Sequence record: KP890823.1 | DNA: 24,000 nucleotides | Strand: one strand, 5' to 3' | Origin: Proteus phage vB_PmiM_Pm5461 | Part shown: positions 16,110-23,816 of the stretch, piece after piece | Position numbering within the stretch: position 1 is the stretch's first letter | Layout of the letters: the number at the start of each line of letters is the position of its first letter | Position numbers and translations under genes: made by a program | The notes under the pieces: generated by a model | Database searches by the model: none | What the model was told of the DNA's origin: nothing | Seen by the model: the letters and a program-made list of their open reading frames with translations, nothing else

Positions 16110-17527
16110 AGAATAAGTCCTTCTAAGTTACCAGCTAATTTATCAATCTTATCACGAGTATTTAATTCTGCTTGGTTAATCATTTTACCTTGGACAACAT
16201 TTAAATCGGGTTCTTCTTTAATAGTTGCATCTGTTTCTACCCAGCGTTGATTACCCTTTTTAACAATTAAATTAAATTTATTCCATTTGTTTTTATCACC
16301 ATAACGGGACTTAATTTGTTTAATTAATTGTTGTCCCATTTGAGCCAGCTCTTCGGTTTCTACAACACCCAACATAAAATCCGCTGTAGCGGGTAAACCA
16401 GCTGATTCTGCAACGTCGGCCATTTCCATATCAGAAGCAGACCATGCTTGGCGTCCGGTTTGAGCAGCTGTCCATAATACGGTTTGGGTTTCAATAGCAA
16501 GACCACGTAATTCTTCTGCAATTGCTTTTATTAACGTATAACTGTTTTCAGTAAATTTTAGACGTGTACTGCCACAAATACCTAAGTAGTCAATAATAAT
16601 AATATCTGGAATAAACCCATCTTTTAATTTTAATTCATTTAAAAGAGCCCGGAAAGTATTAGCATTGGCACCACCTGTGGGATATTGCTTAAACTTCAGT
16701 CTTCCTGGGGTTTTTCCACCAGAACCTTTTTTAAGGCGTTCCATTTTTGCCTTAAATTCAGCATAAGTAATATTATTATTATCAATGTCATCTAATGAGA
16801 CATCCAATAAATTTGCATCTATACGTTTAGCACACACATGTTCAGCCATTTCCATGCTGATGTATAAAACATTATATCCAGTTTGGAGATAATCTGCAGC
16901 TAATGAACATAAACCAAGTGATTTACCAACGTTAACACCAGCCATTAAAATATTAAGAGTACCTTTTTCAGCACCGCCTTTTGTTATTCTGTTAAGAATA
17001 GACAATTTAAAAGGGACCTTATTAGCTTTTGTCTGGTATAATAACCATCGTTTTTCATAATCGTCAAAATAATCATGACCAATATCAGAATCAAAACATA
17101 TGGACAACGCTTCTTGAAGAATCTCTGGGATAATTCCTTTGTCAGGAAGTTTTTTATCACGTTTTGACTCGTCTAAAGAGGCATTTGTTTGAATTTCAAT
17201 GCTTTTAGACATAGCATTATACAAAGCAATATCTTGTACATATTTTTCTGTTGATTTAACAAGCCAATCAAAATCTTCAGGGGTGTTTTTCATTTTGCCT
17301 AAAAATTCTTTTGCAGCTTTAAATTGAGAATCTCCTAACGAACTATTTTCTAAAGCAATATCCAAAGCAGTTATAGTTGGAACAGATTTAAATTCTTCTA
17401 CATGTTTTTTGATTGTATTAAAAATAGTTTTAGAAGAGCCATCAAAATATTCTTGTTTTAAATATGGCCAAACTTTAACAAAATAATCTTTATTATAAAT
17501 TAATTGAGATAAGATTACGTTAACCAT
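16106..17527 (-). CDS. 41: replicative DNA helicase (DnaB/T4 gp41-like)
   Basis: Walker A-like 'LMAGVNVGKSLGLCSLA', 'VLYISMEMAEHVCAKRIDANLL', Walker B 'PDIIIIDYLGI', 'TAAQTGRQAWSASDMEMADVAESAGLPATADFM'. Confidence 0.93.
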   Translation of the reverse strand: MVNVILSQLIYNKDYFVKVWPYLKQEYFDGSSKTIFNTIKKHVEEFKSVPTITALDIALENSSLGDSQFKAAKEFLGKMKNTPEDFDWLVKSTEKYVQDIALYNAMSKSIEIQTNASLDESKRDKKLPDKGIIPEILQEALSICFDSDIGHDYFDDYEKRWLLYQTKANKVPFKLSILNRITKGGAEKGTLNILMAGVNVGKSLGLCSLAADYLQTGYNVLYISMEMAEHVCAKRIDANLLDVSLDDIDNNNITYAEFKAKMERLKKGSGGKTPGRLKFKQYPTGGANANTFRALLNELKLKDGFIPDIIIIDYLGICGSTRLKFTENSYTLIKAIAEELRGLAIETQTVLWTAAQTGRQAWSASDMEMADVAESAGLPATADFMLGVVETEELAQMGQQLIKQIKSRYGDKNKWNKFNLIVKKGNQRWVETDATIKEEPDLNVVQGKMINQAELNTRDKIDKLAGNLEGLIL

Positions 17528-17883
17528 CAGTGTCCCTTAAATATATCGAAAATACTGGTTTTAACTTTAGTGTTTTCAATTTGTGATTTAATACATTTTT
17601 CAATATGTGGTTCTATAATATTGTTTGGTAATTCAGAAAGAGTCGAATAATCATATTCTACTTTACCGTTTTTAATATCTATAGAATGGATGTATACTAA
17701 ATGAGGAGTGTTGTCAATTAAAATGACTATTTCTTGTATAACATCTTTCATTGATTCTTTGACAATATTTAACGACTTTTCATATATTTCTTGGTCATTC
17801 CCTATATTATCAAGAATCTTAAATTCTTCGTCAAAGTTTTGCATATATATAATTTCCACAGTCCCAAATTCGCCGAAGTCCAT
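17527..17883 (-). CDS. hypothetical protein (118 aa or about 105 aa from ATG 17844)
   Basis: ORF whose 5' end overlaps the 3' end of the endonuclease gene. The internal ATG at 17844 is a plausible start. Confidence 0.55.
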   Translation of the reverse strand: MDFGEFGTVEIIYMQNFDEEFKILDNIGNDQEIYEKSLNIVKESMKDVIQEIVILIDNTPHLVYIHSIDIKNGKVEYDYSTLSELPNNIIEPHIEKCIKSQIENTKVKTSIFDIFKGH

Positions 17884-19210
17884 TATTATAACAATTTTCG
17901 ACTTCAGTTAATTTAGGATTAAAATCTAAAAGTTTGTCTTTCAATTTATGTTTCATAAATGAAGACCTATGATAAAGCTTATCTTTTACAATATAATAAT
18001 AACACGGTTCAGATGTACCGATGTATTTTAATCCTAATTTATTATATACATTTCCTTGTGACCATCTTCTATTTGCATAAGAAATATATGTTAACCCTTT
18101 TAATAATTTAGAAGCACCTCCAACAACTGTATATCCAGCTTTAGAACATAATCTAAGTAATTCTAGATCATATTCTTTATTATATCTGGATTTACCAAGA
18201 ACAGCTACTTGGACAAGTTCATCATTATAGAATAACCCTTTATAAATTGAACCTGGACATTTACCTTGTAGGTGGTTTTCTTCTATGAAATTATTAGCAA
18301 TCTTTTTATCAATTTTTTTTAATGAACATTTTCTAGCGTATATTCTTTTAGATAACCCAAGTTTATTTTTAATAACAGATTTCCATATCTCTTTTTTAAT
18401 GGGGTCATTCCATTCATTCTCAAATATATGAAGAAGATTTATCCCTTTAGATTCACAGAGTTCCGTTTTATTGAGATGGTATCTATATAATCTTTTATCA
18501 TCTTCTTTAGAATTAGAAGAGTGCCAATATATCCCATTAAATTCAATAGCCAGAGAGTGTCCTGGGATATAGATATCTAGTTCATATGGTAATATAACCT
18601 GTTTGGTGTTTTGTTCACAGGACACACCTAGCGAACAAATATAATCATATACTTCTTGTTCTAATCCAGATTTACCAGACATTGATTTAATAGGATATCC
18701 ATGTTTTTCCATGAACTTAAATGCAGAAGAATGAGAGTTTAAAGATAACCCAAAATGCTTTGCAACGTCTTCCCAAGTTTTATTTGATAGATCTTCCATT
18801 ATATCTGGATTTTTTATGTCATCCAAATTCTTATAATTATATTGTAATGGATGTTCACCAAGTTGATATTTTTTTCCTCCCCATTTTCTTTCCGTTCCGT
18901 ATTTGTCCATACAAGTTCTTCTGGTTTTATTTTGGGTTTTTGCAGATTTAATAGAGCACTTATTAGAACAAACTTCTAATAATTTATTTCTGTATACAAT
19001 AACGGGTTTGCCACAATGACATTTAGGCACATCTTCTATTTTAGTAATACCGTTTTCAAGAAACACAATAACCTGGGGCAATGAAGCCCCAGGAAATGAT
19101 TTAATTATTTCTTGAAATAAAACAGTATTATGTTTTTCTAACCATTGTAAATTTCGTTTCGGGACTAATTTACCATTAGAATAACATAAAGTTTTTATTT
19201 CATTTATCAT
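17831..19210 (-). CDS. Vsr/EDxHD-type homing endonuclease associated with the fractured uvsX gene
   Basis: 'YELDIYIPGHSLAIEFNGIYWHSS...KTELCESKGINLLHIFENEWNDP', a Cys-rich N-terminal module (CHCGKP...CSNKCS) and 'RTCMDKYG' fit the family described with fractured genes and split inteins. Confidence 0.85.
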   Translation of the reverse strand: MINEIKTLCYSNGKLVPKRNLQWLEKHNTVLFQEIIKSFPGASLPQVIVFLENGITKIEDVPKCHCGKPVIVYRNKLLEVCSNKCSIKSAKTQNKTRRTCMDKYGTERKWGGKKYQLGEHPLQYNYKNLDDIKNPDIMEDLSNKTWEDVAKHFGLSLNSHSSAFKFMEKHGYPIKSMSGKSGLEQEVYDYICSLGVSCEQNTKQVILPYELDIYIPGHSLAIEFNGIYWHSSNSKEDDKRLYRYHLNKTELCESKGINLLHIFENEWNDPIKKEIWKSVIKNKLGLSKRIYARKCSLKKIDKKIANNFIEENHLQGKCPGSIYKGLFYNDELVQVAVLGKSRYNKEYDLELLRLCSKAGYTVVGGASKLLKGLTYISYANRRWSQGNVYNKLGLKYIGTSEPCYYYIVKDKLYHRSSFMKHKLKDKLLDFNPKLTEVENCYNNGLRRIWDCGNYIYAKL

Positions 19211-19830
19211 AATTCTTCCATAGATTCCAATTCATCCATAGTAGAAGCAACAGAACTATCAGAGAAAACATGTTCTTCTACTTCAAGATTCATTAACTCT
19301 TCTACTTCTTGTTCTACTGATTCATCATTAACCATTTGTCCAAGTTTATATCGGTTTTCAATAGCTTCACGGAATGGAGCATGTTTCAATAAAGGTCCCC
19401 AGAAAGCAACACATCTTGTGTCTTTAGCTCGCCAATTCTTTTCTTCAGGAACCATTTCACCAGTTTCTTTATTTAAAAATGCTTGAGTATACCAACCGTT
19501 TTTAGGTTTAACAACAAATCCTAATTCTAGACCCATATCAAGTAATCCAGAATAAGGGTCAATACCACCATCAAATGTAACATCAATAAAGAATTTAGAT
19601 TTTTCTTTTACTGTACGAGATTTTTCGACATTTAATACAAATTGATAACCTTGTAAATCAGTACCATCTTTAATTTGTCTACGTCCAATAATATACACAT
19701 TATCAGCAGAATACATCACACCGGTATTATGTGTAACTACGCCGTTTTCTAATACATAGTGTTCTACATCTTTTACGGATAAATCGTATACTTCTTTTTT
19801 ACCTACGCGATTAATATTTTTAATTTTCAT
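19207..19830 (-). CDS. uvsX: UvsX recombinase C-terminal extein fused to C-terminal half of split intein
   Basis: MKIKNINRVGKKEVYDLSVKDVEHYVLENGVVTHN | TGVMYSADNVYIIGRRQIKDGTDLQGYQFVLNVEKSRTVKEKSKFFIDV... Block F/G motifs end in HN, then Thr +1 and the UvsX C-terminal domain. Confidence 0.92.
   Translation of the reverse strand: MKIKNINRVGKKEVYDLSVKDVEHYVLENGVVTHNTGVMYSADNVYIIGRRQIKDGTDLQGYQFVLNVEKSRTVKEKSKFFIDVTFDGGIDPYSGLLDMGLELGFVVKPKNGWYTQAFLNKETGEMVPEEKNWRAKDTRCVAFWGPLLKHAPFREAIENRYKLGQMVNDESVEQEVEELMNLEVEEHVFSDSSVASTMDELESMEEL
19726..19830 (-). mobile_element. C-terminal half of split intein (35 aa)
   Basis: Codes for MKIKNINRVGKKEVYDLSVKDVEHYVLENGVVTHN; first extein residue Thr. Confidence 0.9.
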
Positions 19831-19844
19831 TACTTACCTTTATT

Positions 19845-20567
19845 CTATTGTGGTAATATGTCGTAAGACCATCCTTCACATCCACGTTTTATTTTAGAAA
19901 TGATTGTATTTGGGTTAATGTTTAATATCCTAGATGCAGGTCTTACACCTCTATACTTAACGCCATTAATTATAACCGGTTTTTGACGTGGGTGTGAATT
20001 TTTTAGTCTTTGTTTGGCCTTTTCCGATATTCTATTAATGGTTTCTTTACTATGAGTCTTTCCATAAAACCCATTATTTTCACCTGATACGCTTTTTGAT
20101 ATATTAGATTTATGGCAATTAGATAACTTTTTACCATATGTAACGCCAACGTATTCTCCTGATTTGACTAATGGGTGGTTACGTTCGAGTCTAATACATT
20201 TACCAGTTTTAATGTGTTTGTATGTTGCATATTTTGAATTACAATATGAATTATGGGAACACGCATAATCTAAATTAAAATATTCTGGGTTGGTTTTTGC
20301 CTTGACTTCTTTTTGATATTTAGATTCTATTTTTAATAATTCAGAATGCGTAATAGTCTCATATTTTTCTAATATAACAACTTCTACACTGTCATCAATA
20401 AAATCATAGTAATTTTTATATTTAGATGACCCATAGTATTCTTTACCATCAGAACAAATGATTTTGTTATTTACATAAGAAGCATTAGTTTTACTTCCTA
20501 TGTAATAATATGGCATTGTTTTATTTTTAATACGATTATTAAATATTACTTTATACACAAAATTCAT
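19845..20567 (-). CDS. GIY-YIG-type homing endonuclease between the two uvsX halves
   Basis: N-terminal GIY-YIG-like '..MPYYYIGSKT...YYGSSKYKNYYD', NUMOD-like 'NISKSVSGENNGFYGKTHSKETINRIS' and a C-terminal helix-turn-helix-like 'YRGVRPASRILNINPNTIISKIKRGCEGWSY'. Confidence 0.85.
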   Translation of the reverse strand: MNFVYKVIFNNRIKNKTMPYYYIGSKTNASYVNNKIICSDGKEYYGSSKYKNYYDFIDDSVEVVILEKYETITHSELLKIESKYQKEVKAKTNPEYFNLDYACSHNSYCNSKYATYKHIKTGKCIRLERNHPLVKSGEYVGVTYGKKLSNCHKSNISKSVSGENNGFYGKTHSKETINRISEKAKQRLKNSHPRQKPVIINGVKYRGVRPASRILNINPNTIISKIKRGCEGWSYDILPQ

Positions 20568-20601
20568 AGATACCTCGATTGTACATTACTCCGGTATCTA
20601 T
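20566..20601 (-). promoter_or_regulatory. RBS/start-codon-sequestering hairpin of the GIY-YIG endonuclease gene
   Basis: Minus strand: ATAGATACC (20601-20593) ... GGTATCTAT (20574-20566), perfect 9 bp. The 3' arm includes part of the SD (GAGG) and the AT of the ATG at 20567. Confidence 0.7.
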
Positions 20602-20610
20602 ATTTAATAC

Positions 20611-21534
20611 TTATTTTATCGCACAATCCATACCAACTAATAAATCTTTGGCTTCTACCCATGTTGGGATGTCTTTTACCATTACTAAGAATTTATGGGT
20701 ATCTGAAACAGTTACTTTATATCCATCTTCAAATTCGATTTCTATACATTCAGGGGTTCCTTCAGCTAAAGTTTCAGGGTCCCAAATATAAGTAACTTCA
20801 TTATCACCAACTAAAGTTTTAACTCTATCACCAGGTTTAATATCTTCTACATTTTTAGTAGAACCATCAGCCATTTTAATCTTAGTTCCAGCAACAACAC
20901 AACCACCGGTCATAACGGTTTTACTGAACATTTCAATTGTTTCAATGGTATGATTAATACCTACACACGGAATATCCTTTAAAGTAAAATATGGAGTAGC
21001 CATACGGAACAATGATTTTAACTGCTTAGCCCGTGTCATATCAGCGACAGATTTTTCATTTAAAGCATCTTCAACTTCTTTCTTAGAAGCTAAGTTACCA
21101 ATAGAGTCAATAAAGACTATAACTTTTTCACCACGTTCGATGGCTTCTAATTGATTAATCATATCAATTTTAAGTTCTTCTACGTTTTTAACTGGAGTAT
21201 GAACAACTCTGTCTGGGTCAACGCCCATAGAACGTAAATATGCACTTGTGATACCAAATTCTGAATCATAAAATAAACAAATTGCATCAGGATATGCATT
21301 CATATATGCTGCTACTAATGTAAGACCCATATTAGATTTAAAGTGTTTACTTGGACCGGCTAAAATAGTAATACCAGATTGAAGTCCACCATTAATAATA
21401 CCAGATAATGCAATATTCAAAGTAGGAATCTTAGTTCTAACAACCGATTTCTCATTGAAGAATTTAGATTCGCTAAGAACAGAAGTCATTTTATTAGTAG
21501 AAGCTTTCATTAAACGTTTTTTTAAGTCTGACAT
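20611..21534 (-). CDS. uvsX: UvsX recombinase N-terminal extein fused to N-terminal half of split intein
   Basis: MSDLKKRLMKASTNKMTSVLSESKFFNEKSVVRTKIPTLNIALSG...GPSKHFKSNMG...IETIEMFSKTVMTGG | CVVAGTKIKMADGSTKNVEDIKPGDRV...DCAIK*. Confidence 0.93.
   Translation of the reverse strand: MSDLKKRLMKASTNKMTSVLSESKFFNEKSVVRTKIPTLNIALSGIINGGLQSGITILAGPSKHFKSNMGLTLVAAYMNAYPDAICLFYDSEFGITSAYLRSMGVDPDRVVHTPVKNVEELKIDMINQLEAIERGEKVIVFIDSIGNLASKKEVEDALNEKSVADMTRAKQLKSLFRMATPYFTLKDIPCVGINHTIETIEMFSKTVMTGGCVVAGTKIKMADGSTKNVEDIKPGDRVKTLVGDNEVTYIWDPETLAEGTPECIEIEFEDGYKVTVSDTHKFLVMVKDIPTWVEAKDLLVGMDCAIK
20614..20901 (-). mobile_element. N-terminal half of split intein (96 aa)
   Basis: Cys1 codon TGT at 20901-20899; block A 'CVVAGTKIKMADG', 'IKPGDRVKT', block B-like 'YKVTVSDTHKFLV'. 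Confidence 0.9.
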
Positions 21535-21583
21535 TTTTTATCCTTTAAAAATGACAAACATAATATTTTACTCAAATCACTAA

Positions 21584-22498
21584 TTAGATTTCCCAAATAG
21601 GGCCTTTAACAATAATATCTTCATATGACGGTAATGCATAAATACATTGTACATTACATTTAAAATATATAAATTCTGCTAAACCCGGATGGAACACCTT
21701 TTCAGGATTTTCTTCATATATAATATTAGGTTTAGCTTTTAATGCATGGTAATATTCTGATTTATTTAATTTTAATAATTCACAGTCAGGATATTTTTCT
21801 TTATCCCAAGAATCATTAGGGTCTGTTATAATCAATTTAAGATTATATCTTTTGCATGAATTATATACATAATCGAAATCATAGCACTTGTCTGATATTC
21901 TAAATGGAAAAAATATTGTATTCTTCCAATCAAAGCCTATACAGGATTGTTGCATAAACTTCTCAGGAACACCAGGAGCAATTACTTCTTGTGTAACAAT
22001 GATTTTATCAGACAAAGCTCCATGAGACACTAGAACATCTTTCTGGCACTTATTAAGAACCGTTGTGTAAATACTTCTATTTACAGAATCAACATCTTCT
22101 TGAATAAATTCATCAATATATTCTCTTGGGTGTTTAGGGTCTTTTGTGATATTAAAATTGAAAAAGACCGGAAACGTTCCTTTATATCCTGTTATATCGC
22201 TTACTACAGCATCACAATTATAAAAATTAGCTAAAGAATCTACCATAAATGTATTGTATTCCCAGAATGTTTTTCTGGATTTATAAGCATTTTCTTGATA
22301 AACAGCTTCTTCAAAAATAATATCAGGAAAATATTCTTGTAATTCCTCTGAATCTTCACATTGTAAAGAATGTGGAATAACAATAACATCACCTTTTTGG
22401 TGCCGATTTAAATGTAATTGAAGATTTCCGTCTTTTAACAGGGAATATTTCCCTGTTTTATAAGACCTCATAGAATACATTGGTACAATGAGATTCAT
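21584..22498 (-). CDS. hypothetical protein; candidate GT-B-type glycosyltransferase by position
   Basis: 304-aa ORF between 42-like and uvsX genes, the position of beta-gt in T4. Its C-terminal half has a GT-B-like alternation ('NTIFFPFRISDKCYDF...LKLIITDPND...HPGLAEFIYFKCNV'). No clear sequence match to T4 glucosyltransferases recalled. Confidence 0.35.
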   Translation of the reverse strand: MNLIVPMYSMRSYKTGKYSLLKDGNLQLHLNRHQKGDVIVIPHSLQCEDSEELQEYFPDIIFEEAVYQENAYKSRKTFWEYNTFMVDSLANFYNCDAVVSDITGYKGTFPVFFNFNITKDPKHPREYIDEFIQEDVDSVNRSIYTTVLNKCQKDVLVSHGALSDKIIVTQEVIAPGVPEKFMQQSCIGFDWKNTIFFPFRISDKCYDFDYVYNSCKRYNLKLIITDPNDSWDKEKYPDCELLKLNKSEYYHALKAKPNIIYEENPEKVFHPGLAEFIYFKCNVQCIYALPSYEDIIVKGPIWEI

Positions 22499-22506
22499 AA
22501 TAATCC

Positions 22507-23196
22507 TTATAGAAAAGATTCTACATATTTTATATCACGTTCAAATACATGTGCAGAAACCATAGAATGTGTGTAATGACCTAAAGAAACACCACATTCT
22601 TTTGCAATGTATTCCATTAATTTACCTTGTAAATAAATATCAAGTTGTAATACTACTGCACAATTCTGTGAACGCATATGGGTGTGAGTATATAATTTAC
22701 CATTACGAATATAATATGTTATAGAATCTGTACAAGGGTATTCTAATGATTCATCTGAATCTAATAAAGCCTGGTCTTGTTCTTGAAGAATTTGGAATAC
22801 CACTCTTCGAGAGTTAGGTTTTTCTTTAAGTTCTTTAAGCAAGGCAGGTAATTGGGCCAAAATTCTAGGTCCATAAAAAGTATTGAAGTTTGCTGGCAAT
22901 ACGTCACTTTTTGGTTTACTAATAAATTTAGCTACATTTGGATATTCTTTAAATGCTTCTTCTGCATCAGTTCCACCAGAAATCATAAATTGCCAAAAAT
23001 CTTCAGCGTATTTGTAATCAATACGGTTTATTAAAAGGTCTTCAAATTTATATGTAGAAGGGTCCATTACTCGAAAACAAAGTGAGCCAATTTCTCGACA
23101 TTCGCCAATTCTAGACTCAGTAATAAAGTCATATTCAGAAATGACTAAATCGTTAACAACCTTAAAAGCTTCTTCAAATGTTTGTTTAACAATCAT
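22507..23196 (-). CDS. 42: thymidylate synthase-family enzyme, probable deoxycytidylate hydroxymethylase (T4 gp42-like)
   Basis: 'NFNTFYGPRI', 'PNSRRVVFQIL', 'YPCTDSITYYIRNGKLYTHTHMRSQNCAVVLQLDIYLQGKL', 'LGHYTHSMVSAHVFERD'. Asp (QLD) sits where TS has the nucleotide-selective Asn, as in dCMP hydroxymethylases. Synteny with uvsX/41. Confidence 0.75.
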   Translation of the reverse strand: MIVKQTFEEAFKVVNDLVISEYDFITESRIGECREIGSLCFRVMDPSTYKFEDLLINRIDYKYAEDFWQFMISGGTDAEEAFKEYPNVAKFISKPKSDVLPANFNTFYGPRILAQLPALLKELKEKPNSRRVVFQILQEQDQALLDSDESLEYPCTDSITYYIRNGKLYTHTHMRSQNCAVVLQLDIYLQGKLMEYIAKECGVSLGHYTHSMVSAHVFERDIKYVESFL

Positions 23197-23591
23197 AAAA
23201 GTCCTTGTAATTTTTTAGAATATTGCATTAAAAATATAATTAATGGCTGTGCTTCTGGAGGAGTATTTAATAATTTCTTTTCTTCTACTTGTCCATTATA
23301 TATCGGTAAATGATTAGCTTTTTTGGTTTGTCCAATTTTAATTGCTAATTTATTCCGTTTATTAAAAAGATCAATCATTTGTTTATCTATTTCTTCGATA
23401 GATTTTCTATCTTTTTCTAAAGATTCTTTATCATTCAGATCTTTAATCCAGTCTTTAGCCATTGAAGAAGAAATATTTTTAATTAATTCTTTAGGAATTG
23501 GCGGAATATCAATTCCAGGATAATCCTTATTTAAGAATATTTTTGGTGTTCTTGGTGGCCAAAATGATTCACATTTCATGAGAAACCTCAA
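23193..23591 (-). CDS. protein with chorismate mutase type II (AroQ)-like domain
   Basis: 'SIEEIDKQMIDLFNKRNKLAIKIGQTKKANHLPIYNGQVEEKKLL' matches the AroQ helix 1/2 pattern (I..iD..l..L...R..la..Ig..K......y....E...L). Confidence 0.6.
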   Translation of the reverse strand: MRFLMKCESFWPPRTPKIFLNKDYPGIDIPPIPKELIKNISSSMAKDWIKDLNDKESLEKDRKSIEEIDKQMIDLFNKRNKLAIKIGQTKKANHLPIYNGQVEEKKLLNTPPEAQPLIIFLMQYSKKLQGLL

Positions 23592-23635
23592 TTTTTATAA
23601 GAATAAAGTAATATCATCATTAAATTTAATTAGCA

Positions 23636-23815
23636 TTATTTACCTAATATTTTACCGGAAGGGCCATCATACAAAGAGGCTTTTATAATAAAACCTTTTA
23701 GATCGTGGTTGTATTTTTTGAATTTAGTTATTTCACTCATAAACATAATAGATGAAACAATTTCGCCATGGGTCATAATAGCAGGCACAAGCCTGCTCAA
23801 TAAAGTTTTCTTCAT
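23636..23815 (-). CDS. small hypothetical protein (59 aa)
   Basis: The track ORF starts at 23851, but ATG at 23815 (MKKTLLSRLVPAIM) has an upstream GGAG. Confidence 0.5.
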   Translation of the reverse strand: MKKTLLSRLVPAIMTHGEIVSSIMFMSEITKFKKYNHDLKGFIIKASLYDGPSGKILGK

Positions 23816-23816
23816 A

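Noticed and set aside
167-23523. Plus-strand ORFs in the track (for example 167..697, 4280..4507, 5078..5359, 14723..15283, 18721..18951)
   Set aside because: All lie antisense to well-supported minus-strand genes, have Ser/Ile/Leu-rich compositions typical of antisense translation, and show no recognisable families.
23592-23635. Possible T4 middle promoter (TGCTAA + AT-rich -10) before the chorismate-mutase-like ORF
   Set aside because: The match to the MotA box consensus TGCTT is imperfect and the -10 spacing is poor.
23777-23794. GCAGGC-acaa-GCCTGC hairpin as a terminator
   Set aside because: It lies inside the 5' coding part of the small ORF 23636..23815 and has no T-tract on the minus strand. 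Probably coincidental or at most a local translational effect.
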